NCBI GenBank assembly: GCA_963745075.1
Contig: CAVUWV010000027.1
Coordinates: 160,001 to 224,000, forward strand
DNA length: 64,000 nucleotides
Direction of reading: 5' to 3'
Origin: Candidatus Hydrogenedentota bacterium
GTDB taxonomy: Bacteria; Hydrogenedentota; Hydrogenedentia; Hydrogenedentales; SLHB01
Below, one piece after another: positions 42,271-52,637 of the stretch. Position 1 is the first letter of the stretch; each line of letters opens with the position of its first letter. Under the pieces are notes generated by a model that ran no database searches, was not told where the DNA came from, and saw only the letters and a program-made list of their open reading frames with translations. The position numbers were made by a program, and so were the translations under genes.

Positions 42271-42313
42271 GGGATGTAGCTCCTTACCGTATGAATCCTT
42301 TGGAAACCCGCCG

Positions 42314-42964
42314 CTACGAATTGTATTTGCGAAGCACGTCGTTGAGCGCTTCGCGCAACAACACGGCTTCCCCGATTCCCTCGCGCTTAGCCAACCTCGC
42401 CAGACCCGCCAACTGCCCCTGCGTGTAGTGGCTGGTCTTTGTCTGCATCTTCTCTTCGCGTGCCAGACAGGCCTTGTTGCGCCCCGATACTTTCGCTCGA
42501 TACAACGCTTCGTTCGCCTTGCGCACAAGCTCGGGCACTTTGGTGTCATCATCGGGATAGGAGGCGACTCCCGCGCTCAGGGTAAGCGCCAATTCTACCT
42601 TGCCGCCGTCGGCGCTGACAACGTGGTTCCGGTCGAAAGCCTTGCGGGCTCGCTCGGCCAGCAGGAAAGCTTCTTCCTTCTCCACTCCGGGCAGGATCGC
42701 CATGTGAGCGTCGCCGCCGTACCGCATGACGCGTCCCCGGTCCCCCACAACGTCGCTTAACGTCGACGCCAGTGCCGCGATTGCGGTGTCGCCGACCAGG
42801 CGCCCGTGGTCCGCATTTACCTTGCCGAACCAGTCGATATCGAAAAGAACGAGGGATAACGCGGTGTCCTGCGCGACGGCTTCGTCCAACATCGATTGAA
42901 AGATGTCCGCAAACGTCTCGAAGTAGGGCCTGCCCTGGGTCGGTGTTGCGGATAACGCTGCCAT
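42314..42964 (-). CDS. Degenerate GGDEF domain fused to a C-terminal ribbon-helix-helix
   Basis: FDIDWFGKVN..HG...GD, RYGGDAH, SAGVA.YP, ALYRAK..GRN, then KTSHYTQGQL..LA.LAK..G..EA.LLREAL.D.L.KY. Confidence 0.8.
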   Translation of the reverse strand: MAALSATPTQGRPYFETFADIFQSMLDEAVAQDTALSLVLFDIDWFGKVNADHGRLVGDTAIAALASTLSDVVGDRGRVMRYGGDAHMAILPGVEKEEAFLLAERARKAFDRNHVVSADGGKVELALTLSAGVASYPDDDTKVPELVRKANEALYRAKVSGRNKACLAREEKMQTKTSHYTQGQLAGLARLAKREGIGEAVLLREALNDVLRKYNS

Positions 42965-43009
42965 GGTTAATTGTCCTCAATCGTTCGCGCGAAAATCGTG
43001 TTGAAGGAA

Positions 43010-43063
43010 GTTATACCATTAAACAATAAGTATGTCAACATATGTATGAATAAATACATATGT
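43010..43063 (-). promoter_or_regulatory. Sigma70 promoter with overlapping palindromic operator
   Basis: Minus-strand TTGACA (43038-43033)-17bp-TG-G-TATAAC; perfect inverted repeat ACATATGTAT-N6-ATACATATGT at 43038-43063. Confidence 0.65.
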
Positions 43064-43129
43064 CTTTTTATTGCATATTTTGACTACGATAAATAGTTGT
43101 CGCATTCAGAATATGGGTCGCGAGTTGCT

Positions 43130-43951
43130 TTACGGTTGGGCGGGCGTCTCGTCTTCAGTAGGATGACGGTGAAGGGAAACCTCCACCGGGAGTATGGCGG
43201 GATTGGGTCCATATTTCAGGTAGATTCCGGCGTGCACCAGTGCTGCGGCCCATACAATGGCAAGGTGGGGGACGGCGATGCGTTCCAGAATGAAACGCGC
43301 ATCCGGTACCGAGATGGCAATCAGCAAAGAAACCCCGACGATGGCGAAGCCCACGGGCAAGAGGAGAGGCGGGATGCGCCAGAAATATGCGGTGTAGCCG
43401 GCACTGAGCATGAGCGAGACGATGGCGATGGCGCCCCACTTCACGCGGGTCCAATACATGAGCTGGTCCATCAACCCGTCACTAATCGTGCCAGGAGACG
43501 AGGCGTGAGTCAATTCGTGGAGCGACAGGTTTTCCACGAAGTCGCCGATGAGCATCGCCGCGCAAAGTATCAGACCTAGCGCCATGAAAGTCTTGAGCTT
43601 GATGAGCGCCGTAAAGCGGTAGGTATTCAAGTGCGTCACGAAAATGATGAGGCAGGCGTTGAAGAGGCTATAGGAAACCATAAACGCATAGTCATAGCCG
43701 TTCGTCGTGTCGAGGTTATCCCGAAGTGCCTTGCCGGCTTCCGTGTCGACCGGACCCAGGATCTTGAATACTTCGTCGGGGGTGTAGGCCAATTCGAGCC
43801 ACAGCATGGCCGATTTGAACCCTTGCGGGTTGGGGACGTTGTAGGGGGAGATGCTGCCACCGACCATTACCCGCATGAGGAGAACGGACAGGATGGTCGC
43901 CGTGCCCGTCGCAACGACCCATTTCGCCGCCACGTTCCCGAAGTTTCTCAT
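43130..43951 (-). CDS. Multi-pass membrane hypothetical protein
   Basis: About six hydrophobic helices; DY.F...Y and D.VEN motifs. Confidence 0.7.
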   Translation of the reverse strand: MRNFGNVAAKWVVATGTATILSVLLMRVMVGGSISPYNVPNPQGFKSAMLWLELAYTPDEVFKILGPVDTEAGKALRDNLDTTNGYDYAFMVSYSLFNACLIIFVTHLNTYRFTALIKLKTFMALGLILCAAMLIGDFVENLSLHELTHASSPGTISDGLMDQLMYWTRVKWGAIAIVSLMLSAGYTAYFWRIPPLLLPVGFAIVGVSLLIAISVPDARFILERIAVPHLAIVWAAALVHAGIYLKYGPNPAILPVEVSLHRHPTEDETPAQP

Positions 43952-44048
43952 GGAATCCCCTTCGCACCCGTTCAATGTCCGGGCGAATATCGTGCCGCTG
44001 CGACAATCGCGCCGTTGCGCCGGTTCCGGACCGTAGCCCGTCGTGGAG

Positions 44049-46319
44049 CTACGCTTTCACGCCGCTCCGGATGAGATTCAGCGCACTACCCGCCTTGAAC
44101 CACTCGATCTGGCCCTTGTTGTATGTATGATCGACGCGGAACTCGTCCGACGATCCATCCGAATGATGAAGCACGACGGTCAAGGGGCTTCCCGGCGCGA
44201 ATTCGTTCAGGCCGACAATATCAATGGTGTCGTCTTCCTGGACCTTGTCGTAGTCCGCCTTGTCGGCGAACGTGAGGGCGAGCATTCCCTGCTTCTTGAG
44301 GTTGGTTTCGTGAATGCGCGCGAAACTCCGCACGATGATGGCTCGTACACCGAGGTGCCGGGGCTCCATGGCGGCATGCTCGCGCGACGAGCCTTCGCCA
44401 TAGTTTTCGTCGCCGACGACCACCGTTCCGATGCCCGCTTCCTTGTACGCGCGTTGCGTCGCGGGAACCGGCCCGTATTTTCCGGTCAGTTGGTTCTTGA
44501 CCTTATTGGCTTCGCCGTTGAAGGCGTTGATGGCGCCGATGAAACAGTTGTCCGAGATGTTGTCCAGATGCCCGCGGTACCGGAGCCAGGGACCGGCCAT
44601 GGAAATGTGGTCAGTGGTGCACTTGCCCTTTGCCTTCAACAACAACCGCAGGTCTTTGAGGTCGGTGCCCTCCCACGCCGGGAACGGCTCGAGCAACTGC
44701 AAGCGCTTGGAGTCCGGCTTAACCACGACGTTGATTCCGCTGCCGTCCTCGGCGGGAGCCTGGTAACCGGGATCCTCGCAGGCAAAGCCTTTGGACGGCA
44801 GCTCCACGCCCTCGGGAGGATCGAGTTTTACTGGTTCACCGTTCTCGTTTGTCAACGTATCCGTGAGAGGATTAAATGAGAGGTCGCCCGCGAGGGCCAG
44901 CGCGGTCACCATCTCGGGCGAGGTAACGAAGGCGTGGGTTTTGGGGTTTCCGTCGTTGCGCTTCGCGAAATTCCGGTTGAACGAGGTAACGATGGTATTG
45001 GGTTCTTCGTCCCCACCGTGGCGATGACGGTCCCATTGGCCGATGCAGGGTCCGCACGCATTGGCCAGCACGACGCCGCCGATGGATTCGAACTCTTTGA
45101 GTACGCCATCGCGTTCCACGGTGTACCGAACCTGTTCGGAACCCGGCGTGATAGTGAATTCCGCTTTGGCCTTGATGCCCTTTTCGCGGGCCTGGCGCGC
45201 CAGGGATGCGGCGCGCGTCATATCCTCATACGACGAGTTGGTGCAGGAGCCGATCAATCCCACCTCGATGGTCGTCGGCCACTGGTTCTCTTTTGCAGCG
45301 TCTCCCAACTTCGAGATAGGCCAGGCCAAATCGGGCGTGAACGGCCCGTTTACATGCGGTTCCAGTTCGCTGAGATCGATCTCGACGAGTTGGTCGTAGT
45401 ATTCGCCGGGATTCTCGTAGACCTCGGGATCGGGACGCAGGTGCTCGCGATGTGCTTCCGCCGCCGCGGCCACGTCGGCGCGGTCCGTGGACCGGAGGTA
45501 ACGGGTCATGGAATCGTCGAAGGCGAAGATGGAGGTGGTCGCGCCGATTTCGGCGCCCATGTTGCACACCGTGCCTTTGCCCGTGCACGACAACGATTCC
45601 GAACCCGGTCCGAAGTATTCGACTACGGCGCCGGTGCCGCCCTTCACGGTCAGGATGCCCGCGACTTTAAGAATGACGTCTTTCGCCGAGGCCCAACCAC
45701 TGAGCTTTCCGGTGAGATGGACGCCGATCAATTTCGGCCATTTCAGTTCCCACGGCATGCCGGCCATCACGTCGACGGCGTCGGCCCCTCCGACACCGAT
45801 GGCGATCATGCCCAAGCCACCGGCGTTCGGCGTGTGGGAGTCCGTGCCGATCATCATGCCGCCGGGGAAGGCGTAGTTCTCGAGTACGACCTGATGGATG
45901 ATCCCCGCGCCGGGCTTCCAAAACCCGATGCCGTATTTGTCGGACACCGACGAGAGGAAGTCGTAGACTTCTTTGTTCACGTCGATGGCGGTTAGCAAGT
46001 CCTCGCGCGCGCCAACTTTGGCCTGAATGAGGTGATCGCAATGGACGGTGGAAGGCACGGCCGTTTTGGATCGACCCGCTTGCATGAACTGAAGCAGGGC
46101 CATCTGCGCGGTCGCGTCCTGCATGGCCACGCGGTCCGGCGCAAAGTCCACGTAGGAATCACCCCGCGTGAAAGCCTGCTCGGCAGGACCACCAAACAGG
46201 TGCCCGTAGAGGATCTTTTCCGTCAGGGTCAACGGCCGGCCGGTAGCGTTGCGAGCCGCGGCAACGCGTTCCGCGACGCGGCCGTACAAGGCTTGGATGA
46301 TGTCAAAATCGAACGCCAT
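44049..46319 (-). CDS. Aconitate hydratase, mitochondrial/Bacteroidetes type
   Basis: [63 protein letters not shown]. Confidence 0.95.
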   Translation of the reverse strand: MAFDFDIIQALYGRVAERVAAARNATGRPLTLTEKILYGHLFGGPAEQAFTRGDSYVDFAPDRVAMQDATAQMALLQFMQAGRSKTAVPSTVHCDHLIQAKVGAREDLLTAIDVNKEVYDFLSSVSDKYGIGFWKPGAGIIHQVVLENYAFPGGMMIGTDSHTPNAGGLGMIAIGVGGADAVDVMAGMPWELKWPKLIGVHLTGKLSGWASAKDVILKVAGILTVKGGTGAVVEYFGPGSESLSCTGKGTVCNMGAEIGATTSIFAFDDSMTRYLRSTDRADVAAAAEAHREHLRPDPEVYENPGEYYDQLVEIDLSELEPHVNGPFTPDLAWPISKLGDAAKENQWPTTIEVGLIGSCTNSSYEDMTRAASLARQAREKGIKAKAEFTITPGSEQVRYTVERDGVLKEFESIGGVVLANACGPCIGQWDRHRHGGDEEPNTIVTSFNRNFAKRNDGNPKTHAFVTSPEMVTALALAGDLSFNPLTDTLTNENGEPVKLDPPEGVELPSKGFACEDPGYQAPAEDGSGINVVVKPDSKRLQLLEPFPAWEGTDLKDLRLLLKAKGKCTTDHISMAGPWLRYRGHLDNISDNCFIGAINAFNGEANKVKNQLTGKYGPVPATQRAYKEAGIGTVVVGDENYGEGSSREHAAMEPRHLGVRAIIVRSFARIHETNLKKQGMLALTFADKADYDKVQEDDTIDIVGLNEFAPGSPLTVVLHHSDGSSDEFRVDHTYNKGQIEWFKAGSALNLIRSGVKA

Positions 46320-46459
46320 AACTTCACCTCTTTGGTCACAGGTCATGCCTGATTGGTTTCAATGGACATTGGGGCGGTATTTTATAACGCCCCTGCGCAC
46401 AGGGGCAAATCCGGGGCCATAGAAGAAACGCGCCGACCTCCCCCGTCCAGACACCGGCG

Positions 46460-48232
46460 TCAAAAAGATAACGAGTTGGGAACGAACGGTTTGTCGTCCG
46501 TCACGTTCATGAGCCGGTCATCAACGAGAGGCAGATCGGTGTGAAACACGCGATTCAACGTCACACGAAACAGGTTGGCCAGACTGATCGAGGGATATAA
46601 CTCGGCGTTCTCGCCCTGCGCCGGTTCGGGGAACCGTACTGCGAGGAGATTGGCGTATCGTCTGTCGGGTGCGGTGTTCTCCGGTTGCAGCGCAAGCGGC
46701 GCCCCGCGCGTGGAGGCGATTAGGACGACCACCGGTCTTTTCGATTGGCGGATGATACGCTCAGCCGCGTCGCCCACAATTCTGTTCGTGAAGAACAACT
46801 GATCGAGATACGCTTCGCGGAATTCCACTTCCTGCCTCCGCAGCCCTTCCTGGACGGACAGGGAATCGGGCCCGAAAGGCTGGGCGCGGTCGCCGTCGCG
46901 GGTGAACAAGAACGGAGGTTCGGGTATCAGGAGGTTGGCGAAGTAGAAACGGGGCTGTTTGCTTTCGGTTGCGCTTTGCTGAACCAGTTGCTGAACGGCG
47001 TAGAGAATGCGCGCGCGCAGGAATGAGTACCGCCAATAGGCCGGATTGCTGTAGCGCAGATAGTACATGCCCTCCATCACCCGCGAGGCGACCGTCCGGC
47101 CGGCGAGAACGACTTCGAACTCACCCGGGGTCCGTGGAGGGTCGATACAGATGTCCACGTTCGGCTCCGACAACTCGAGCGATTGGACCCCCGGCGACGT
47201 TGCGATGATTTTGTACCCCTGACCGCGGAGAAAGGAAAACACGCGATTGGAGCGGTAGAAATCGAGAACGGTATCGACGGTGCCTTTGGACCGGTCGGCG
47301 GGTGCAACCAGCGCGTCCAGGTAATCCAGGTTTAAGCACGCCGACAAGGCGCACGCCGGTATGGCGTAGTTCGAATGACTTTGCGGCGCGATGGTGAATC
47401 CGAGGTCCCGCAGCGAGCCTTCAAAGGCCATGTTGTTAAATGCATAGGTGGACCGGAGGATGTCGGAGCGCGGGTATCCATCCAGCGCGATGAAATAGAT
47501 ATCGGGCGCGCTGTCGGAAGATGCGGCCGTCTCCGCCGTTTTCATGTCCAGGGGGAGTTCGTCCACGTTCGGCGCGGGGGTGCGGTTGAACAATACGACG
47601 ACGCAGTACAAGGCGATCAAGATTCCCGCAAACCAATTTGCGGAAGGCGTCAGTGCGCGGTAGTCGCCCCGGTATCGCAGGACCGCAATCACGGCGAACG
47701 TCGTAATCACCAGATAAGCGGTGATGATCCACGCGGCGCGCCGGCCGAAGACGGGTGCAAACAAGAATGTGGCGACCGCAAACCCTGCGATGGCCACGGG
47801 AACCATGACTACGAGCAGATTCTTTATCGCGCGACGACTGCGGCGATAGCGGTAGAGGAACACGCCAATTCCGACCAGAGCTACGCCTACGTAGATTAAA
47901 TAGAAAGTCTGCGGCGGCCAGGGGGAGAGCAGCCGAACTGCGCTGTTGATGGTGTCTTCCAACACCCCCCAGAGGACGCAGAACGCCAGGACCAATACAG
48001 ACGCGACGACTCCACCGCGGTAACGGTCACGAAACAGGATCCAGCAAAGTATCCACAGGGTGAATGAACTCGCTACGAGAATGACTGCGGGACGGACGAG
48101 GACCGCAGCCGGGGTTACAGAAGCATTTTGCGCGTAGAGGCCCAATACAGGCGTCAACGACAACACCATGGGATGAAAAACGCGAACCGTACGAAGGTTC
48201 TTTAGGGCGCGTTCGCCTACACCAGTGCTCAT
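46460..48232 (-). CDS. Membrane protein with alkaline-phosphatase/sulfatase-superfamily extracellular domain
   Basis: N-terminal TMs; PDIYFIALDGYPRSD, SNY; metal-binding His residues appear degenerate. Confidence 0.7.
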   Translation of the reverse strand: MSTGVGERALKNLRTVRVFHPMVLSLTPVLGLYAQNASVTPAAVLVRPAVILVASSFTLWILCWILFRDRYRGGVVASVLVLAFCVLWGVLEDTINSAVRLLSPWPPQTFYLIYVGVALVGIGVFLYRYRRSRRAIKNLLVVMVPVAIAGFAVATFLFAPVFGRRAAWIITAYLVITTFAVIAVLRYRGDYRALTPSANWFAGILIALYCVVVLFNRTPAPNVDELPLDMKTAETAASSDSAPDIYFIALDGYPRSDILRSTYAFNNMAFEGSLRDLGFTIAPQSHSNYAIPACALSACLNLDYLDALVAPADRSKGTVDTVLDFYRSNRVFSFLRGQGYKIIATSPGVQSLELSEPNVDICIDPPRTPGEFEVVLAGRTVASRVMEGMYYLRYSNPAYWRYSFLRARILYAVQQLVQQSATESKQPRFYFANLLIPEPPFLFTRDGDRAQPFGPDSLSVQEGLRRQEVEFREAYLDQLFFTNRIVGDAAERIIRQSKRPVVVLIASTRGAPLALQPENTAPDRRYANLLAVRFPEPAQGENAELYPSISLANLFRVTLNRVFHTDLPLVDDRLMNVTDDKPFVPNSLSF

Positions 48233-48415
48233 GAATCTCTTACAGCCTTTCTCATCCCGCTGGTAAGATGTAATGGTACCAAATTTGGCCTGAGAATAAC
48301 GAATGAGCGTATCTTAGTTATCGGAACCAGGAAAACCAGGTAAAATAAGATTATTGCGATGAAAATACACGACGGTGCCTACTAAAATCTATATAATGTA
48401 TTGTTCAGAAAAATC

Positions 48416-48431
48416 ACCACAACATATTGAA
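48416..48431. promoter_or_regulatory. Putative NrdR box
   Basis: ACCACAACATATTGAA fits the acaCwAtATaTwG consensus and lies upstream of thyX-nrdJ. Confidence 0.55.
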
Positions 48432-48831
48432 TTTATTCGCAACGAGTGATACACTGATTCCGTTGCAGTAAAAGGCGTGGAGCTGACGGATTCTTGGGGG
48501 ATCCCACAGGCTCGGGGGACGGTCGCGAGCGCGTGCCACCCAGCACTCAGCGTCACGCTAACTTATTTTCGTTCAAGGGGTTAGGGTCGGGTCAACCCAC
48601 GTGACTGTTTCGAGAGGGGGGACCGTTGACCGAATGCGCCCAGCGGAAAGGCGAAGGTCACAAAGTGGTGGACATCGCGGAAGAGCGCTCCTATAATGCA
48701 ACGGCGCTGTCCAGTTCTGGAATTTCCCCGACTCTCCCGGACTCCGCACTTGGATTTTGTTTTTGTCAAGTTATTGGGCTGCAAGTGTTTAACTATTCTG
48801 CCCGTGATGGGCGTCGGCGGATTGGCTTACA

Positions 48832-49614
48832 ATGGAATTTGTAGAACCGAAAGTATTTCTGATCGGGGAGACCCGCATGATCGAAGAGGGGCTCCAGTCC
48901 TATCTCGACCATGTGGGAGTGCCGGATTGGAGCACGGATGCGCCGACCGATTCGGAGCGGCTTTGCGAAGTGTATGGGCGGCTGTGCTACCGAAGTTTTG
49001 AACCTGGCCTCAATCCGAACGTAACGCGCGTTCGCAAAGGGAATGCCACCTATCTCGGCCACGTGCTCGAAGTCGGACATGGCAGCGTCATCGAACACGC
49101 GGTACTGAACTTTGTTTTTGCCGACGTCAGCCGAGTGTTTACGCACGAACTGGTGCGCCATCGCGCCGGTACGGCGATCTCCCAGGAATCGCTCCGGTTC
49201 GTGCGGTTGGACCGGCTTTCCGCCTACGTGCCCACGCACATCAAAGAAGATGAAAAGGGTCTGGCGATCTTCGGCCGCACGTTGGAACAGCTCGAAGCGG
49301 TGCAACAAGAGCTTGCGAGCGCCTACGAAATCGAGGATGAGAAAAAATTCAGCCGCAAGAAAAAACTCACTTCGGCTTTCCGCCGTGTGGCTCCGGAAGG
49401 TTTGGCGACGACGATCGGGTGGTCGTGCAATTTTCGAACGCTGCGTCACGTGATCGAGATGCGGACCGCGCCCGACGCGGAAGAAGAACTGCGGCTGGTA
49501 TTCGGCAAAGTGTACGAGTTGGTCAAGGATCGGTACACGAGTCTGATGAGCGATTACGAAACCGAAATGGCGGACGGTATGCCGTGGATCAAAACGTCCC
49601 ACAAGAAGGTTTGA
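48832..49614 (+). CDS. thyX: FAD-dependent thymidylate synthase
   Basis: GRLCY, GHGSVIEH, SRVFTHELVRHR....SQES.R, NFRTLRH..EMR....AEEE.R. Confidence 0.93.
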   Translation: MEFVEPKVFLIGETRMIEEGLQSYLDHVGVPDWSTDAPTDSERLCEVYGRLCYRSFEPGLNPNVTRVRKGNATYLGHVLEVGHGSVIEHAVLNFVFADVSRVFTHELVRHRAGTAISQESLRFVRLDRLSAYVPTHIKEDEKGLAIFGRTLEQLEAVQQELASAYEIEDEKKFSRKKKLTSAFRRVAPEGLATTIGWSCNFRTLRHVIEMRTAPDAEEELRLVFGKVYELVKDRYTSLMSDYETEMADGMPWIKTSHKKV

Positions 49615-49694
49615 GGGAGACGATACTACGAGGGGACAAAGGGGGTCCCATCGTTTGGTTGCCCAGAGAGTTTGCGAAAGTGAGGTGACGCCAC

Positions 49695-51794
49695 ATGTTG
49701 TTCGAGGTCAAAGAGCGCTTCAAGCTGTCCGAAAAATTCATCGACCAGTTTCGCGGCACGCAGCCCCATTGGGGACCGCTGGGATACGTGACCTTCAAAC
49801 GCACGTACGCCCGCACCGTTCCGGGGGAAGGCGGGCGGACGGAAGAATACTGGGAGACCGTGCGGCGCGTTGTGGAAGGGTGCTACACGATCCAGTTAAA
49901 CCACTGCCGAAACCTCAAACTGCCCTGGAACAACCAGAAGGCCCAACGTTCCGCTCAGGAAATGTATCAACTCATGTGGAACTTCAAGTTCCTGCCTCCG
50001 GGTCGCGGGCTCTGGATGATGGGTACGGAATATATCTTCGAGCGCGGTTCCGCGGCTTTGAACAACTGTGCGTTCGTGTCGACGGACGAGATCAACTTCA
50101 ATTTCTCGGAACCGTTCTGCTTCCTGATGGACATGTCACTCCTTGGCGTCGGGGTGGCGTTCGACACGAAGGGATCGGGCACGGTTACGATTCACGATCC
50201 GAAGCCGGCGGGCTACACCCACGTCGTCGAAGACTCGAAAGAAGGCTGGGTCGATCTGGTTCGGTGCGTGCTCGAAGCGTATGCCGGCAAAGGCAAGCGT
50301 CCCGCTCACATCGACTACTCGCAAATCCGGCCCGCGGGCTCCCCTATCCGCACGTTCGGCGGCATCGCTCCGGGACCGGCGCCGTTGATAGAGTGCATCG
50401 GCAATATCGACAAAGTATTGACCCCGCGCATCGGCGAACGGATTACCTCTCCGGACATCACGGATCTCATGAACGTCATCGGCAAGTGCGTGGTATCCGG
50501 TGGCGTGCGCCGAACGGCGGAACTGGCCCTTGGGAATCCCGGTGACGAAGATTATCTGCAACTCAAGGACCCCGAACTGCACAAAGAAAAGCTCATGGCG
50601 TGGCGCTGGGCGTCGAACAACAGCGTGTCCGCCGATATCGGCATGGATTACCAGCAGGTGGGCCTGCAGACCGCGAAGAACGGCGAACCCGGGTATTTCT
50701 GGCTGGAGAACGCCCGCGCCTTTGGACGACTGAAGGACGGCATCAACAACGCCGACGAAAAAGTTCAGGGGACGAACCCCTGCGCCGAGCAGAGCCTGGA
50801 ATCGTACGAGATTTGCAACCTCGTCGAAACGTTTCCGTCGTTGCACGACAGTTTCGAGGAATATAAGCGGACACTGAAGTTCGCGTATCTTTACGCGAAG
50901 ACCGTCACGCTGGTGCCGACGCACAACGAGCGCACGAACGCCATCATGTTACGGAACCGGCGCATCGGGTTATCCCAGTCCGGTATTGTCGAAGCCTTCG
51001 AGAAGCACGGGCGGCGCACGCACTTCCAGTGGTGCGACGAAGGGTATACGTATATCTGTAAATTGGATCGGATCTATGCGCAGTGGCTGTGCATTCCCGA
51101 GAGCATCAAGAAGACGAGCGTCAAACCCAGCGGCACCGTGTCGCTGTTGCCGGGCGTCACGCCGGGGATTCACTATCCCCATTCGCAGTTCTATTACCGG
51201 ACCATCCGGATCGACCGGACCAGCCCCCTGGTCGATCCGATCCGCCGCGCGGGATACCGCATGGAAGATTCCGTGTATGGCGACAATACACTCGTCGTGT
51301 ATTTCCCGGTGAAACAGCGCGTATTCGAGCGGTCGAAAACCGACGTGTCCATCTGGGAGCAGGTCGAGAACGTCGCGCAGATGCAGTACTACTGGGCCGA
51401 CAACCAGGTCAGCGCGACGATTACCTTCAAGCCGGAAGAGGCCCGAGATATCCCCATGATTCTCGAAATGTACGAGCCGCGGCTGAAATCGATCAGCTTC
51501 CTGCCGCTGGTCGAGCACAACTACGCCCAAGCGCCTTATCAGGAAATCACCGCCGAGATGTACCACATCGCGGAAGCAAAACTGAGCGAGTTGGACTTCG
51601 AGAATCTGAATACCGACGAGATGGCGGACCTCTACTGCGACGGCGACAAGTGCGAACTGGTCATGGCCGAACCGAAGGTGATTCCGCAGGAAGAGTTCTC
51701 CTTCACCAAGCCGCGCAACGGAAATGGCAACGGCAACGGTCATGCGAAGCCGGCAGAAGTCGGCGAGAGCGAGAAGATCGTCACGCCGCTGTAA
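49695..51794 (+). CDS. nrdJ: Class II (AdoCbl-dependent) ribonucleotide reductase, monomeric RTPR type
   Basis: TFKRTYAR, PPGRGLW, LNNC, VVSGGVRRTAE, GEPG, NPCAEQ, CNLVE, VKPSGTVS and C-terminal CDGDKC. Confidence 0.93.
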   Translation: MLFEVKERFKLSEKFIDQFRGTQPHWGPLGYVTFKRTYARTVPGEGGRTEEYWETVRRVVEGCYTIQLNHCRNLKLPWNNQKAQRSAQEMYQLMWNFKFLPPGRGLWMMGTEYIFERGSAALNNCAFVSTDEINFNFSEPFCFLMDMSLLGVGVAFDTKGSGTVTIHDPKPAGYTHVVEDSKEGWVDLVRCVLEAYAGKGKRPAHIDYSQIRPAGSPIRTFGGIAPGPAPLIECIGNIDKVLTPRIGERITSPDITDLMNVIGKCVVSGGVRRTAELALGNPGDEDYLQLKDPELHKEKLMAWRWASNNSVSADIGMDYQQVGLQTAKNGEPGYFWLENARAFGRLKDGINNADEKVQGTNPCAEQSLESYEICNLVETFPSLHDSFEEYKRTLKFAYLYAKTVTLVPTHNERTNAIMLRNRRIGLSQSGIVEAFEKHGRRTHFQWCDEGYTYICKLDRIYAQWLCIPESIKKTSVKPSGTVSLLPGVTPGIHYPHSQFYYRTIRIDRTSPLVDPIRRAGYRMEDSVYGDNTLVVYFPVKQRVFERSKTDVSIWEQVENVAQMQYYWADNQVSATITFKPEEARDIPMILEMYEPRLKSISFLPLVEHNYAQAPYQEITAEMYHIAEAKLSELDFENLNTDEMADLYCDGDKCELVMAEPKVIPQEEFSFTKPRNGNGNGNGHAKPAEVGESEKIVTPL

Positions 51795-51819
51795 CGGCGC
51801 TGAGATACGATTGGATCAT

Positions 51820-51854
51820 GGGCGGGAGACCGAGAGGTTTCCCGCCCGCTTTCT
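51820..51854 (+). terminator. Rho-independent terminator of thyX-nrdJ
   Basis: GGGCGGGAGACC-GAGA-GGTTTCCCGCCC followed by GCTTTCT. Confidence 0.7.
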
Positions 51855-52214
51855 GTATCCTGCGAGTGGAAGAACATCCCCCTTGATCCCCCCCCTCTGT
51901 TTTTGACGAAACAAAGGGTCCGTGCCGGCGGGATTGTAGCTCAGCGCGGCGTAGCCCCAGCCAAATTCGAAATCCGAAGCACGAAATCCTAAACAAATCC
52001 GAATGTCCTAAAGGAGGAATGACCAAAACGACTCTCCGGAACTGAGACCTACAACCAACTTTGCATGGGCAGGCATTCATATGCAGTCCCCGGATGGGGC
52101 AACTCGAACCTGGCCCATCGCGGCGTCGCCGCGAGCAGAACGGTTTTGTCCACCGATTACACCGACGCTCACCGATTGGACTTGGACTTCCCGGCTCGTG
52201 CCGACCCAGCAACC

Positions 52215-52308
52215 CTGGCCCGAAGGGCCGAAACATGATAGCCCGGGGCAAACTACGCCGTGGCGTAGCCCGGGTCCAAGGGCCACTCGAACCAAAGCGC
52301 TGAAAGTG
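52215..52308. repeat. About 90-bp multi-hairpin REP-like element, copy 2
   Basis: Similar to 9105-9195. Confidence 0.75.
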
Positions 52309-52421
52309 CGCAACAATCGAACGACGGCCGCTTCCGAACTCCGAAATCGCAACGCCACCACCTGTCCTATTGCGCATTTTAGCCCGGTGCGCTACTCTTA
52401 TTGGGGTATCTGCGGTCCGGC

Positions 52422-52560
52422 ATGACGAAGGACCGGACCGAGCAGCTCCACGTGGAGGATGACCCCGATGCTGTCAACCGCATCCGCCGCCAGACCAGTA
52501 CCGGACGCCCCTGCGGCGCAGCCGGATTCGTGGCACAGGCGGAGGCGTATGCGAGACGTT
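52422..52560 (+). pseudogene. C-terminal remnant of a REP-associated Y1 (RAYT-type) transposase
   Basis: NRIRRQTSTGRPCGAAGFVAQAE matches the IR..T.TGRP.G...F...LE tail of this family and remnant 2. Confidence 0.55.
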
Positions 52561-52637
52561 CCCGGCATGTTTGCCCGCTGGCGCGGTCAAGCCATGCCTG
52601 CCACTGGGGCGCGACTTCACTGCGTTGCAGTCGCGGG

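Noticed and set aside
48832..51794. Prophage, or intein/intron in nrdJ or thyX
   Set aside because: No phage structural genes; both proteins are of normal length with uninterrupted motifs.
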